Of a DNA stretch of 64,000 bases, positions 53,391 through 62,801 are shown piece after piece (position 1 is the first letter of the stretch; each line of letters begins with the position of its first letter). The DNA is from Steroidobacteraceae bacterium (GTDB lineage: Bacteria > Pseudomonadota > Gammaproteobacteria > Steroidobacterales > Steroidobacteraceae): assembly GCA_035502275.1 (NCBI GenBank), contig DATJUN010000020.1, positions 1,821-65,820 of the forward strand. Reading direction: 5' to 3'. Below the pieces are notes generated by a model. The model ran no database searches and had not been told where the DNA came from. It saw only the letters and a list, made by a program, of their open reading frames with translations. A program made the position numbers and the translations under genes.

Positions 53391-53492
53391 TACTACAAAA
53401 CCAAACGACCACGCCCGTTACGGTGCGAGCGCGCCGACCCCGGTCATGCCGCCTCACTTTCGAGTGAATACAAACTTTAGGGGGACCTTTTC

Positions 53493-56087
53493 ATGAAGAT
53501 TCGTCCAACTATCCACGTTCCCTTGGCGCTCGCACTGGTGGGTGCGACGCTCTTATCGATTGGGACCGCGGTGGCACAGAACCAGACAGACCAGCCCGCC
53601 AATCAAGGCGCCGCTCCAGCTGCCGCGGACCAGGGCACCTCGGCCGCGGCGGGGCAAGGCGGCGCTACGGAACTGCAGGAAGTGGTGGTCACCGCCGAGC
53701 GTCGCGCCACCGACGTGCAGAGCACGCCGATTGCAGTCACCGCGGTGTCGGGGGATCAGCTGCAAACGCTGCACCTGAACAACATCAGCGATCTGCAGAC
53801 GACGGTGCCGAGCTTTCAGAGCAACGACGAGGCCGGATTCTTCAACAGCATCAACATCCGCGGTATTGGCAACTCGGCCATTACGCCCATCATCGCCACC
53901 GGTGTGGCCGTGTTTCGCGATGGACTGCTGATGTCGGAGACGATCGCCGAAGACGAGCCGATGTTCGACATCGCCGATACGGAGGTTCTGGAAGGGCCGC
54001 AGGGCACCTTCGTGGGCGCCAGCTCGACGGCAGGCGCCGTGGAAATCAATTCGGCCAACCCGACCTTCACCGGTGTCAATGGCTACATTCAGGGTGACCT
54101 CGGTAATTACTCCGACACCAAGTTCCAGGGCGCCGTCAACCTGCCGGTCACCGACACCTTCGCGGCACGCTTTGCCTTCAACAGTGAGCAGCGCAACAGC
54201 TTCTACAACGACGTGGGAGCGACCCAGAACGGGTTCTACTATCCAGCCTATCCGGGAGTTGCCGGCAGCCAGCTGCCGCTCATCCAGGCCAGTCCGGGCC
54301 AGAGTCTTCCCATCATCGACCCGGGCCATGAAAATGATCGCGAGATGCGCCTGAGCCTGCTGTGGAAACCGAGTGATCGCTTCCAGGCATTGGGCAAGAT
54401 CGAATACAGCGACATCAATACCGGTGGTGAGCCGGGCGAACCCAATCCGGATACCTACAACACCCTCTTCAGCGCTGGTTCTGGCCCCGGCTATGCCGGA
54501 TGCACGCTCGCCCCCGGGACAGGGTTCACGGGCAACCAGCTCAGCTGCGCCGCGCCAGGCACAGCGGTGCATTCACAGTACTACTACCCGGGCGAGAAGC
54601 CGTTCGTTCTCGACTACTACGGCACCGGTCAGCAGGAAGACGAATTGCTGACGCACTATGGGCTGGATCTGCGTTATACGCTGCCCGACGGCATCCAGAT
54701 CCGCTCGCTCAGCGGCTTCGTGCACATCTATATCAATCACCAGGACAACAACAGCTACGCTCCGTGGAATGCGGGCTGGACCTATCATGAGATCGGGCCG
54801 AACGACGACTATATGAGCCAGGAGGTCGATATCATCTCGCCGACCACCGGCAAAACCAGCTGGATCGCCGGGGCGTTCTGGAACTATCGCGACACGCCCG
54901 TATTCCTCGATATCGACAGCGTCACCGCACCCTACCAGCCCAACCAGCTGCCGTCGGTTCTGGTAACGACGGCCGTGCCGAGTACCAATCGCATCGCGGC
55001 GGTGTTCGGACAGTTCAACTGGCAATTCACCGATACCCTGCAGCTGCAGATCGGCGCCCGCGAGAACTGGGACAATAACTTCTCGACGCAGAGCACCGGC
55101 GAGGCCCCGGCGGCCGGGACCACGGTCCCGGCGCCTTCCGGCACGGGCGTGTATCTCATCCATTACACCGGCACCTCTCCGACCGGCTATACCGTCCTGT
55201 CGCGTTCGCTTGCTTCGGGACGATTCGAGGACAACGTCCCGACCGGCAAGATCGACCTCAACTGGACCCCGGCGCCCGGCCAGAACTTCTATCTGTTCTA
55301 TGCCCGCGGCTACAAGGCGGGCGGCAACAATTCCAGCTCAACAGATCACCCACTCTTCAGTCACGAGACCGTCAATGACTATGAGATCGGCTGGAAGGGA
55401 CGCCTGCTCGACGGTCACATGCAAACCCAGGTGGGCGGGTACTACTATAACTATCAGAACATGCAGTACTCGCTGTTCGATCCACAGCAGAACGGCGACA
55501 CCTCCACCGGCACCTACGTGGCCAACCTGGCGCCCTCGACCATCTATGGCATCGAAGTCTCGGAACAGGCCCGGTTCAGCGGCCTTGGGGTGAATATCGG
55601 CTTTGACTACAATCACAGCGCGCTCGGCGCTGTCACGACGCTGCCCAACTACGCGTTGCCCGCCGGCTTTGGCAGCCCCACGACGTTACCGCAGTGTCTG
55701 CCCGGGCACACCTATGCCACCGGCACTGCCTGCTTCAACTACAACCCCTACCTGGTCAACGTCAGTGGTGAGGAGAATCCGTTCGCACCGCAGATTACCT
55801 TCAACATCTCGGTCGATTATCAGTTTCACGTCGGCAACGGGACGATCGACCCGCGGGTGACCTTCTCGCATACGGATCAGCAGTACGCGTCGATCTTCCA
55901 GGTCCCCTACAACCTCATGCAGGCCCGTAATCTGTGGAGCGCAAGCGCCGACTGGGTGGTCGGCAAGTGGGACACACAGCTGTACGGCACCAACCTGAGC
56001 AACGAGACCTACATCATCGCCGGCGGCAATCCGCTCTACTACGGAGCACCGCGGCAATTGGGCCTGCAGGAGACCTTCCACTTCTGA
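53493..56087 (+). CDS. TonB-dependent outer-membrane receptor
   Basis: Signal peptide, the plug motif ELQEVVVTAERRATDVQSTPIAVTAVSG, a long beta-barrel with aromatic-rich strands, and a C-terminal ..LQETFHF ending in Phe. Confidence 0.9.
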   Translation: MKIRPTIHVPLALALVGATLLSIGTAVAQNQTDQPANQGAAPAAADQGTSAAAGQGGATELQEVVVTAERRATDVQSTPIAVTAVSGDQLQTLHLNNISDLQTTVPSFQSNDEAGFFNSINIRGIGNSAITPIIATGVAVFRDGLLMSETIAEDEPMFDIADTEVLEGPQGTFVGASSTAGAVEINSANPTFTGVNGYIQGDLGNYSDTKFQGAVNLPVTDTFAARFAFNSEQRNSFYNDVGATQNGFYYPAYPGVAGSQLPLIQASPGQSLPIIDPGHENDREMRLSLLWKPSDRFQALGKIEYSDINTGGEPGEPNPDTYNTLFSAGSGPGYAGCTLAPGTGFTGNQLSCAAPGTAVHSQYYYPGEKPFVLDYYGTGQQEDELLTHYGLDLRYTLPDGIQIRSLSGFVHIYINHQDNNSYAPWNAGWTYHEIGPNDDYMSQEVDIISPTTGKTSWIAGAFWNYRDTPVFLDIDSVTAPYQPNQLPSVLVTTAVPSTNRIAAVFGQFNWQFTDTLQLQIGARENWDNNFSTQSTGEAPAAGTTVPAPSGTGVYLIHYTGTSPTGYTVLSRSLASGRFEDNVPTGKIDLNWTPAPGQNFYLFYARGYKAGGNNSSSTDHPLFSHETVNDYEIGWKGRLLDGHMQTQVGGYYYNYQNMQYSLFDPQQNGDTSTGTYVANLAPSTIYGIEVSEQARFSGLGVNIGFDYNHSALGAVTTLPNYALPAGFGSPTTLPQCLPGHTYATGTACFNYNPYLVNVSGEENPFAPQITFNISVDYQFHVGNGTIDPRVTFSHTDQQYASIFQVPYNLMQARNLWSASADWVVGKWDTQLYGTNLSNETYIIAGGNPLYYGAPRQLGLQETFHF

Positions 56088-56102
56088 TCTGCCGCCCCCG
56101 CC

Positions 56103-56132
56103 GGGGCCCGACGGCGCGCGCTGTCGGGCCCC
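56103..56132. terminator. Bidirectional Rho-independent-like terminator between the convergent receptor and pcaDC genes
   Basis: 10-bp GC stem GGGGCCCGAC / GTCGGGCCCC with a 10-nt loop, followed by TTGTCTATT on the plus strand. Confidence 0.6.
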
Positions 56133-56187
56133 TTGTCTATTGCACAGCGCTGTTTCGCTACAGACCGCCTCGAGGATGCCATCACGG

Positions 56188-57450
56188 TCACGGCTCAGCG
56201 CGCGCGGCGCGCAGTTCGGCCAGGATCTCGCCGGCGTGGGCAAAGGCAGTATTGGCGGCTGGCACACCGGCGTACACCGCCGACTGCATCAGCACCTCGC
56301 GCAGTTCCTCTTCGCTGAAGCCGCCGGGGGCAAGCCCCGCGCGCACATGCAGACGAAATTCCTCCCACCGCCCGAGCGCGATGGTCGTTGCCAGCACCAA
56401 CAGCCGCCGTGTACGCCGGTCCAGCCCCGGACGGCTCCAGATCTCCTGCCACGCGCTGCGCGTGATCATCTCCTGAAAGTCGCTGTTGAACAGCGTGCGC
56501 GTGGCCAGCGAGCGATCCACCCAGGCATCCCCGAGCACTTCGCGCCGGATGCCGAGGCCGGCCTCGTAAAGGGTTGCGGCGGCAGCCTGAAGGCGCTGGT
56601 CCTGCGCAGCCACGCCACGCGGATCTGCCGCCGCTGCAGGCGGCGCATCCGCCGTGCTGTCCGTCCACGCCACTGACTTCAGAAACTCGCATACCGCCGA
56701 GGCAAAAGGCCCGGGCGCCTCCAGGCAGGCCAGATGCCCTGCCTCGAGAGCGACGTGGCGGGCATTGGGGAGAGCGGCCAGGAGCCGGGCACCATGCGGC
56801 TCGAAGGGCGCGTCGACGTCCTTCGTCCCGGAGAGCAGCAACACCGGTTGCTGCACCGAGCTCAGCTGCTGCGCCAGGGCCATGTCGCGGATCGCCGCCG
56901 CGCCCCCGGCATAGCCGCGTGGATCGATCAGTCGCAGCGCCGTGCGCATGCTGTCGATGACCTGCGGATTCGCGTGCGCAAAGTCATCGCTGAAGGAACG
57001 CGCGATCGCAGGCGCCAGCACCGGCGCCATGCCCTGCGCACGCACCCGTTGCGCGCGCTCTGCCCAGTCGGCCGTGCTCACCTGCGCGCTGCTGCAGGCG
57101 CAGATCACTGCGCGCACGCGCGCTGGCGCCCGCAGGCCCAGCGTGAGAGCAACCGCGCCGCCGAGTCCCATTCCGCACACCGCTGACTGCTGCGTCGATG
57201 AGGCATCCAGTACGGTCCGTGCATCGTCGGCCAGATCCTCCAGCCGATAATCGCCGGGCGGGGCGTCGGAGGCACCGTGCCCCCGGCCGTCCATACGCAA
57301 TACCCGAAAGTGCGGCAGCAGCCCCGGCACCACGCGATCCCACAGCGACAGATCCGCGCCGAGGGAATTCAGCAGCAGCACGACGGGATGGCCATCGGTG
57401 CCCTCCAGCCGCCAGTAGAGGCGTACTCCGGCGTTAGTCGTGAACGGCAT
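56188..57450 (-). CDS. pcaL: Fused 3-oxoadipate enol-lactonase / 4-carboxymuconolactone decarboxylase (PcaL-type PcaD-PcaC fusion)
   Basis: N-terminal alpha/beta hydrolase (VVLLLNSLGADLSLWD, nucleophile elbow VCGMGLGG in place of the usual GxSxG) joined by an Ala-rich linker to a C-terminal CMD domain (LDRRTRRLLVLATTIALGRWEEF..HVRAG). Trimmed to the ATG at 57450. 17-nt overlap with pcaB. Confidence 0.8.
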   Translation of the reverse strand: MPFTTNAGVRLYWRLEGTDGHPVVLLLNSLGADLSLWDRVVPGLLPHFRVLRMDGRGHGASDAPPGDYRLEDLADDARTVLDASSTQQSAVCGMGLGGAVALTLGLRAPARVRAVICACSSAQVSTADWAERAQRVRAQGMAPVLAPAIARSFSDDFAHANPQVIDSMRTALRLIDPRGYAGGAAAIRDMALAQQLSSVQQPVLLLSGTKDVDAPFEPHGARLLAALPNARHVALEAGHLACLEAPGPFASAVCEFLKSVAWTDSTADAPPAAAADPRGVAAQDQRLQAAAATLYEAGLGIRREVLGDAWVDRSLATRTLFNSDFQEMITRSAWQEIWSRPGLDRRTRRLLVLATTIALGRWEEFRLHVRAGLAPGGFSEEELREVLMQSAVYAGVPAANTAFAHAGEILAELRAARAEP

Positions 57451-58624
57451 GGATGTGCGGTTCGGCGCTGTCCTTGCATTGCCTTCGATAGTGATCGAGG
57501 CAGCGGCCGACCAGCTGGATGGACAGGCCGATGTCGTCCCCGACGCCGCTGGCGGCGAGGTTCGCAGCCATGGCGACCGTATCGACCTCCAGCGCCTCGA
57601 CCACGACACGCATGGCCTGCAAGGCCCCGTGCGTCAGCTCGAATAGCGTGGCCAGCGCGGGAGCCTCCGCCTGCCAGCCGCCGAGACCGCGCTGATGCTC
57701 CTGGGGTAGCCCCGCCAGAATTCCCGCCGCCAGCCCCGGGGCTCGGATCGCCGCGGACAGTGCGATCTGGCAGCCGGTGGGATTGCGTTTGTGGGACATG
57801 CTGGAGGAGCCGCCGCGTCCGCTGATGCGCGGCTCGAAGGCTTCGTGCACTTCGTGCTGCGCAAGCAGCGAGATATCGCGCGCGAGCTTGCCCGTGGCGC
57901 CCGAGACAACGGCGAGTGCGCCGGCGAGCCCCGCCACGCCATCACGGCGCGCAGTCCACGGCAGAACCGGGGCCGCGAGCCCGAGCTCAGCGGCCATTCG
58001 CTCGAGCACTTCCAGCGACAGCCCCTGCAGCGTGCCGGCCGCACCTGCGAGCTGTAGCAACAGCGCCGCGCGGCACTCCCACGCGAAGCGCTGCAATGCC
58101 TGGTGGATGCCCAGCAGCCACTGCGACGCCTGCAATCCAAACGTCGTCGGTAACGCTGGCTGCAGCAGCGTGCGCGCCAGCGCGGGCGTACGTGCGTGGC
58201 TCTCGGCCACTCTCGCGAGCGCATCGGTCAACGCGCGTCCCTCGCGCTGGATCAGATGTGCGCCGGCCTTTGCCTGCAGCATCAGCGCGGTGTCGGCCAG
58301 GTCCTGGCTGCTCGCCCCCCGATGCAGCAGCCGCGCAGCCTCCGCGTCCTGCTCGGCGATGCGCGCACGCAGCCGTGGCAGCAGCGCCAGAGCGAGGGTG
58401 CCGGCATGCGCGGCTTCCTCGGCCAGCGTGGCCACCTCGAAACGGGCGCTGTCGCAGACCGCACCGATGGCGGCGGCAGCCGATTCCGGAATCAGCTTCG
58501 CAGCGGCCTGCGCGCGTGCCAGCGACGCCTCGAAGGTGAGTGCAGCCTGCAGCAGCGCCTCATCGCCGAAGACTGCCAGCATCTCAGACGAGGAGGCGGG
58601 ACGGTCACGCAGCAGAGCGGCCAA
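57434..58624 (-). CDS. pcaB: 3-carboxy-cis,cis-muconate cycloisomerase
   Basis: Fumarate-lyase superfamily signature GGSSSMSHKRNP. Position between pcaG and pcaDC. Confidence 0.8.
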   Translation of the reverse strand: MAALLRDRPASSSEMLAVFGDEALLQAALTFEASLARAQAAAKLIPESAAAAIGAVCDSARFEVATLAEEAAHAGTLALALLPRLRARIAEQDAEAARLLHRGASSQDLADTALMLQAKAGAHLIQREGRALTDALARVAESHARTPALARTLLQPALPTTFGLQASQWLLGIHQALQRFAWECRAALLLQLAGAAGTLQGLSLEVLERMAAELGLAAPVLPWTARRDGVAGLAGALAVVSGATGKLARDISLLAQHEVHEAFEPRISGRGGSSSMSHKRNPTGCQIALSAAIRAPGLAAGILAGLPQEHQRGLGGWQAEAPALATLFELTHGALQAMRVVVEALEVDTVAMAANLAASGVGDDIGLSIQLVGRCLDHYRRQCKDSAEPHIHAVHD

Positions 58625-58635
58625 GGTGCTCCCCG

Positions 58636-59415
58636 CTAGTAGTCGAAGAACACCGTCTCGCGCTCGCCCTGCAGGCGCACGTCGAAGCGGTAGTGAGCCC
58701 GTGTGTCGGTGCTCGGGCCGGCTGCGCCCGTAGCTGTGGCATCGATCCGCTGCGCCATCAGCGTCGCGCGGCGATGGGCGGGCACGAGCCCGAGAATGGG
58801 ATCTTCGGCGTTGCTCGGCTCATCATCGAAATAGATGCGCGTCGTCAGGCGCTTGAGCAGTCCACGGCCGAGCACGCCGAGCGCGATGTGTGGCGACTGC
58901 AGCGCGCCAGCGGCCGCCTTGAAGTGAACGCGGCCGGGCCGGATGGTGCGAAAGCAGAAGCTGCCATCCTCGGCTGTCGCCGCGCGACCAAAGCCAAAGA
59001 AGTCCTCATCGATGCTGGCGGAGCCGCGGCCGACAAAGCCGGAACCGCGATAGTAGCCCGACGCATTGGCCTGCCAGATCTCCAGCAGTACGTCCGGCAC
59101 CGGCCTGCCCTGCGCATCGAATACATACCCCGTGAGCTGCAGGCGCTCGCCCATCGGTGGCGCGGCGCGACTGCGCTCCGGTCCGCGCAGCGCCGCGTAG
59201 CCGGTCGGCATCAGATCGGGCCGTCCACCCGTCTGCGATGGCCCCGTCAGATCGGCGCAACCATCCCAGGGCAATCCAAAGTGAAAGAAAGGCCCTACGG
59301 TTTGCCAGGGCGTCTGGCCGAACAGGCCCGGAGTCTGATTGTCGGCCCGTGCCGCGACGGCAGCGGAGTCTGACCGCGGCTCCGGCGCCGGTGCGCTGTG
59401 CTGTCCCGTGTCCAT
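58636..59415 (-). CDS. pcaG: Protocatechuate 3,4-dioxygenase alpha subunit
   Basis: QTPWQTVGPFFHFGL and the intradiol dioxygenase fold. Carries an N-terminal extension of about 25 aa relative to typical PcaG if the ATG at 59415 is used. Confidence 0.8.
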   Translation of the reverse strand: MDTGQHSAPAPEPRSDSAAVAARADNQTPGLFGQTPWQTVGPFFHFGLPWDGCADLTGPSQTGGRPDLMPTGYAALRGPERSRAAPPMGERLQLTGYVFDAQGRPVPDVLLEIWQANASGYYRGSGFVGRGSASIDEDFFGFGRAATAEDGSFCFRTIRPGRVHFKAAAGALQSPHIALGVLGRGLLKRLTTRIYFDDEPSNAEDPILGLVPAHRRATLMAQRIDATATGAAGPSTDTRAHYRFDVRLQGERETVFFDY

Positions 59416-59436
59416 CAGCTTCGCAAGGCGACCGTT

Positions 59437-60174
59437 TCAGATCCCGGCGCGCAATGGCGTCGCGGCGCGGCCGCGCAGCACGATGTCGAAACGATAACCC
59501 AGAGCATAACTTGGCTGCGTGATGTTGATATCGAAGTGCGCAACCATGCGCTGGCGGTATGCACGTGGTACGGCGTTGGCAATTGGATCAATCTCGATCA
59601 GCGGGTCGTCGGGAAAGTACATCTGCGTGACGAGGCGCGTGGCGAATGCCGGACCCATGAGCGAGAGGTGAATGTGCGCCGGACGCCAGGCATTGTAGTG
59701 ATTGCCCCACGGATAGGCGCCCGGTCGCACCGTGGTATAGCGATAGCGCCCCTGCTCGTCGGTCACGACACGTCCCGCCCCGCTGAAGTTGGGATCCAGC
59801 GGCGCATCCCATTGATCGCGCTCGTGGGCATAGCGGCCCGCCGCATTCGCCTGCCACATCTCGATCAGAGTGCGCGCGACCGGCCGTCGATCCTCGTCCA
59901 GTACCTGACCGCAGACGATGATGCGTTGACCCAGCGCGGGTGCACCCCGCGTGCAGGTCAGGTCGGTAACCTGCGCGCCAAACAGCGCTTCCCATTCGCC
60001 GGGGCCGCTCTGCTCCGTGGGCGTCTGCGGAATGCGCAGCAGCGGCTCGCGCGGGGAGCGCTCGACGGTGGATGCATACGGCGGAAACAGCGATGGGGGC
60101 TGCGCGCCGTCCTCACGCCGGAAGTCCGCGCCGGCGTTGCTCAGCTGGGCGTTCACGACACAGATTGTCCCCAT
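59437..60174 (-). CDS. pcaH: Protocatechuate 3,4-dioxygenase beta subunit
   Basis: IEMWQANAAGRYAHERD and WRPAHIHLSLMGPAFATRLVTQMYFPDDPL, containing the Fe-ligand Tyr/His region. Trimmed to the ATG at 60174 (246 aa). Confidence 0.85.
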   Translation of the reverse strand: MGTICVVNAQLSNAGADFRREDGAQPPSLFPPYASTVERSPREPLLRIPQTPTEQSGPGEWEALFGAQVTDLTCTRGAPALGQRIIVCGQVLDEDRRPVARTLIEMWQANAAGRYAHERDQWDAPLDPNFSGAGRVVTDEQGRYRYTTVRPGAYPWGNHYNAWRPAHIHLSLMGPAFATRLVTQMYFPDDPLIEIDPIANAVPRAYRQRMVAHFDINITQPSYALGYRFDIVLRGRAATPLRAGI

Positions 60175-60320
60175 AGAAGCGGCGCGCGGCAAGCGAGCGC
60201 GCACAGCGAGGGCCTGCGCACACCCTCTGCATATCCTACAGGTGGACAGGGAAAGCGGCTGCTGGCAACCGCGGACGCCCACCCACATGATTACACTGGC
60301 AATTTTCGCTGGGGGAAACG

Positions 60321-60740
60321 ATGCCAGAGGAAATTACGCAACCGGGAATCCTGGGCACGCCGAGCAGCCATGAAGGTCCGGGGCCACGTATCATGGCTGC
60401 AGATTCGCTGACCGGTGAGAAAGTAGTCAACGAGCGCGGGGACAAGCTCGGGACCATCACGCACATCATGCTGGATGTGGCCCGCGGCAGGATCGCCTAC
60501 GCGGTGCTGTCATTTGGTGGGGTGCTGGGACTCGGGGACAAATTATTTGCAGTGCCCTGGGCTGCACTGGCGCTGGACGTCGAGAACAAATGGTTCGTGC
60601 TGAATATCGAGCCCGAGCGGCTACGCGGTGCACCTGGGTTTGACAAGGATCATTGGCCCTCAATGGCAGATCCGAACTGGATGTCCGAAGTGCATGCCTA
60701 CTACGGCCCCGTGGCGCCCTCGCGTCGGCCGTTCATTTAG
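60321..60740 (+). CDS. PRC-barrel domain-containing protein
   Basis: LTGEKVVNERGDKLGTITHIMLDVARGRIAYAVLSFGGVLGLGDKLFAVPWAAL is a classic PRC-barrel pattern. Confidence 0.75.
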   Translation: MPEEITQPGILGTPSSHEGPGPRIMAADSLTGEKVVNERGDKLGTITHIMLDVARGRIAYAVLSFGGVLGLGDKLFAVPWAALALDVENKWFVLNIEPERLRGAPGFDKDHWPSMADPNWMSEVHAYYGPVAPSRRPFI

Positions 60741-60897
60741 ATGAGCGACCGCGCGGGGTCCGACGAGACCTGCGTGCACCAGATGCAAAGCCGACCTCAG
60801 ATTCCCGCAACTGCAGATCCCCTTGCCGGTGCTATCTTGGTATTGGCTCATGCCCCATGCGAGCGTCGAAGACGCGTCATCGAGGCGAGGGGGTTTC

Positions 60898-62013
60898 ATG
60901 GGAGCACCACGCGCACGCGCGCATATCGCACCCGGGCATAAGGCCGGATCAGCCCATCGGCCTGGCGTTTACTTTCTCTTCGCTCTGCTGACTGGCAGCT
61001 GGCCCGTGCTGGCATCGGCGGCAGCGCCGGCGGCGGCCCTGCCCGCACCCGCCGGGTCGGCCCAGGCCGTAGAAGTGATGCAGCTGAAGCCGGACTTCTA
61101 CATGCTCTCGGTAGATGGCATGCATCTTGGCCTCGAAACCGGCGAAGACGGCGCGATCCTGGTCGACACCGGCCCGGCGGGCGCCGCGAGCGCAGTGGTG
61201 CGCCAGATCAAGCGGCTGTCGGACCAACCGCTGCGCTTCATCATCGACACCAGTGCGGATCCCGACCTCATCGGGGGAAACGCGATTCTATCCGCTGCTG
61301 GCCAGTCCCTGATGATCGGCTTCGCGGTGCTGACGCGATACGCGAATGATCCCAACGCGATTCCTGCCGAGCACATTCTCGACGTGCGGGCCCCGATCAT
61401 TGCCCGTCAGAGCGTTACCGAACAGATGCTGAGCGCGTCCGGCACAGCGCCTTCCCCATTGCAGCTACCCAGCGAAGTATTCACTCGCCCGCAATACGTC
61501 TTTCGCCTCAATGGCCAGATCGTCCGCGTGGTACGCATGCCGAACGCACATACCAGTGCCGACAGCGTGGTGCGCTTCGACGGTTCCGACGTCGTCGTCA
61601 CAGGCGCGATCTTCGATGTCACCCACTTTCCGGTAATCGATCTGCAGCACGGCGGCAGCATCCAGGGCGAGATCGACGCGCTGAACCAGCTGATCGGTAC
61701 GCTGGTGGTGGCGTCGGGGCCGATCGTCACCGATTCGGATGGCACGTTGGTCGTTCCACTGCGCGGGCATGTGTGCAATCAACCGGACCTGGTCAGCTAT
61801 CGCGACATGCTTGCATCGATCCGCGATGGCGTGGCCCGTCTCATCGACAAGGGCGACCGTCTGGCGGCGGTCGAGGCGGCGAACCCCGCCATGGGCTATG
61901 AGACGCGCTACGGATCCGGCACTGATGCCTGGACGACGCATGACTTCATCGCAGCCGTTTATGCCAGCCTGATGGCGCAAAGACACCCGCCCCAGCGCGG
62001 CGGTGGCCAGTGA
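60898..62013 (+). CDS. MBL-fold protein with a strongly degenerate metal-binding motif (module 2, first gene)
   Basis: Colinear with 50770-51990 (ILVDTG ... LRFIIDTSADPDLIGGN ... PNAHTSADSVV ... VVVTGAIF ... VVPLRGH). Start placed at the ATG at 60898, preceded by a GAGGCGAGGGGG RBS. Confidence 0.6.
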   Translation: MGAPRARAHIAPGHKAGSAHRPGVYFLFALLTGSWPVLASAAAPAAALPAPAGSAQAVEVMQLKPDFYMLSVDGMHLGLETGEDGAILVDTGPAGAASAVVRQIKRLSDQPLRFIIDTSADPDLIGGNAILSAAGQSLMIGFAVLTRYANDPNAIPAEHILDVRAPIIARQSVTEQMLSASGTAPSPLQLPSEVFTRPQYVFRLNGQIVRVVRMPNAHTSADSVVRFDGSDVVVTGAIFDVTHFPVIDLQHGGSIQGEIDALNQLIGTLVVASGPIVTDSDGTLVVPLRGHVCNQPDLVSYRDMLASIRDGVARLIDKGDRLAAVEAANPAMGYETRYGSGTDAWTTHDFIAAVYASLMAQRHPPQRGGGQ

Positions 62014-62801
62014 ACCGCGTTGTCGGCTTCGCGGCGATCGCGGTCCTCTGGGCTGCCTCCGCGTCGCTCCTGTGGGCGCAGCCGGTGGACAGATCGGGGC
62101 AGTCGCAGGCCGCGAGTGCCGAGACCCAGGCGCCGGTGGATCTGACTGGCTATTGGGTCTCGATTGTGGGATCGAACGGCTGGCTGTTTCGCATGGTGGT
62201 CCCGCAACGCGGCCAATACGCCGGCATCCCCATCAATGGCCGTGCGCGTGCCTTCGCCGATGCATGGAGCGCGGCGGCCGACGAGGCCGCCCACAAGCAG
62301 TGCGAAGCCTACGGCGCGGCCGCGATCATGCAGATACCCGAGCGGCTGCATGTGAGCTGGCAAGACCCGCAGACGCTGCAGATTCAGACCGACGCCGGCA
62401 TGCAATCGCGACTGCTGCGGTTCCAGCCCACGCAGGCGCAGCGTATGGCAGCGCCGAGCCGGCAGGGCAACTCCGTGGCCCAATGGATGCTCTATCGCCC
62501 CGGCGGGGCGGGCCGTGACAGCGGCGCCCCTCGCTACGGCTGGCTGCAGGTGATTACCACCCACATGCTACCCGGGCTGCTGCGCAAGAATGGCGTGCCT
62601 TACAGCGCTCAGGCTTCCATGACAGAAAGCTGGCAGTACATCAGCGTACCGGACGGCGAGCAGCTGCTGACATTGACGACGACGTTGACCGATCCGGTGT
62701 ATCTGGCGGCACCGTACCTCTTCAACTCGGTATTCCAGAAGCAGCGCGATGACTCGGGCTGGATGCCCAGTCCCTGCTCGCTGGAGGAGCTATCCCAATG
62801 A
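62010..62801 (+). CDS. Exported hypothetical protein, family X, short form (module 2, second gene)
   Basis: GTG start overlapping the upstream stop (GTGA). Signal peptide ..SLLWAQ. Motifs DLTGYWVS, GQYAGIPIN, C.AYGAAA, LRKNGVPYS, DPVYLAAPY and PSPC. Confidence 0.65.
   Translation: MNRVVGFAAIAVLWAASASLLWAQPVDRSGQSQAASAETQAPVDLTGYWVSIVGSNGWLFRMVVPQRGQYAGIPINGRARAFADAWSAAADEAAHKQCEAYGAAAIMQIPERLHVSWQDPQTLQIQTDAGMQSRLLRFQPTQAQRMAAPSRQGNSVAQWMLYRPGGAGRDSGAPRYGWLQVITTHMLPGLLRKNGVPYSAQASMTESWQYISVPDGEQLLTLTTTLTDPVYLAAPYLFNSVFQKQRDDSGWMPSPCSLEELSQ

Noticed and set aside
60741-60897. Sigma-54-like TGG...TGC spacing (TTGGTATTGGCTCATGC) upstream of module 2.
   Set aside because: The GG-to-GC spacing is off by one or two nt in every register I tried. 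No enhancer-binding protein gene is in the window.
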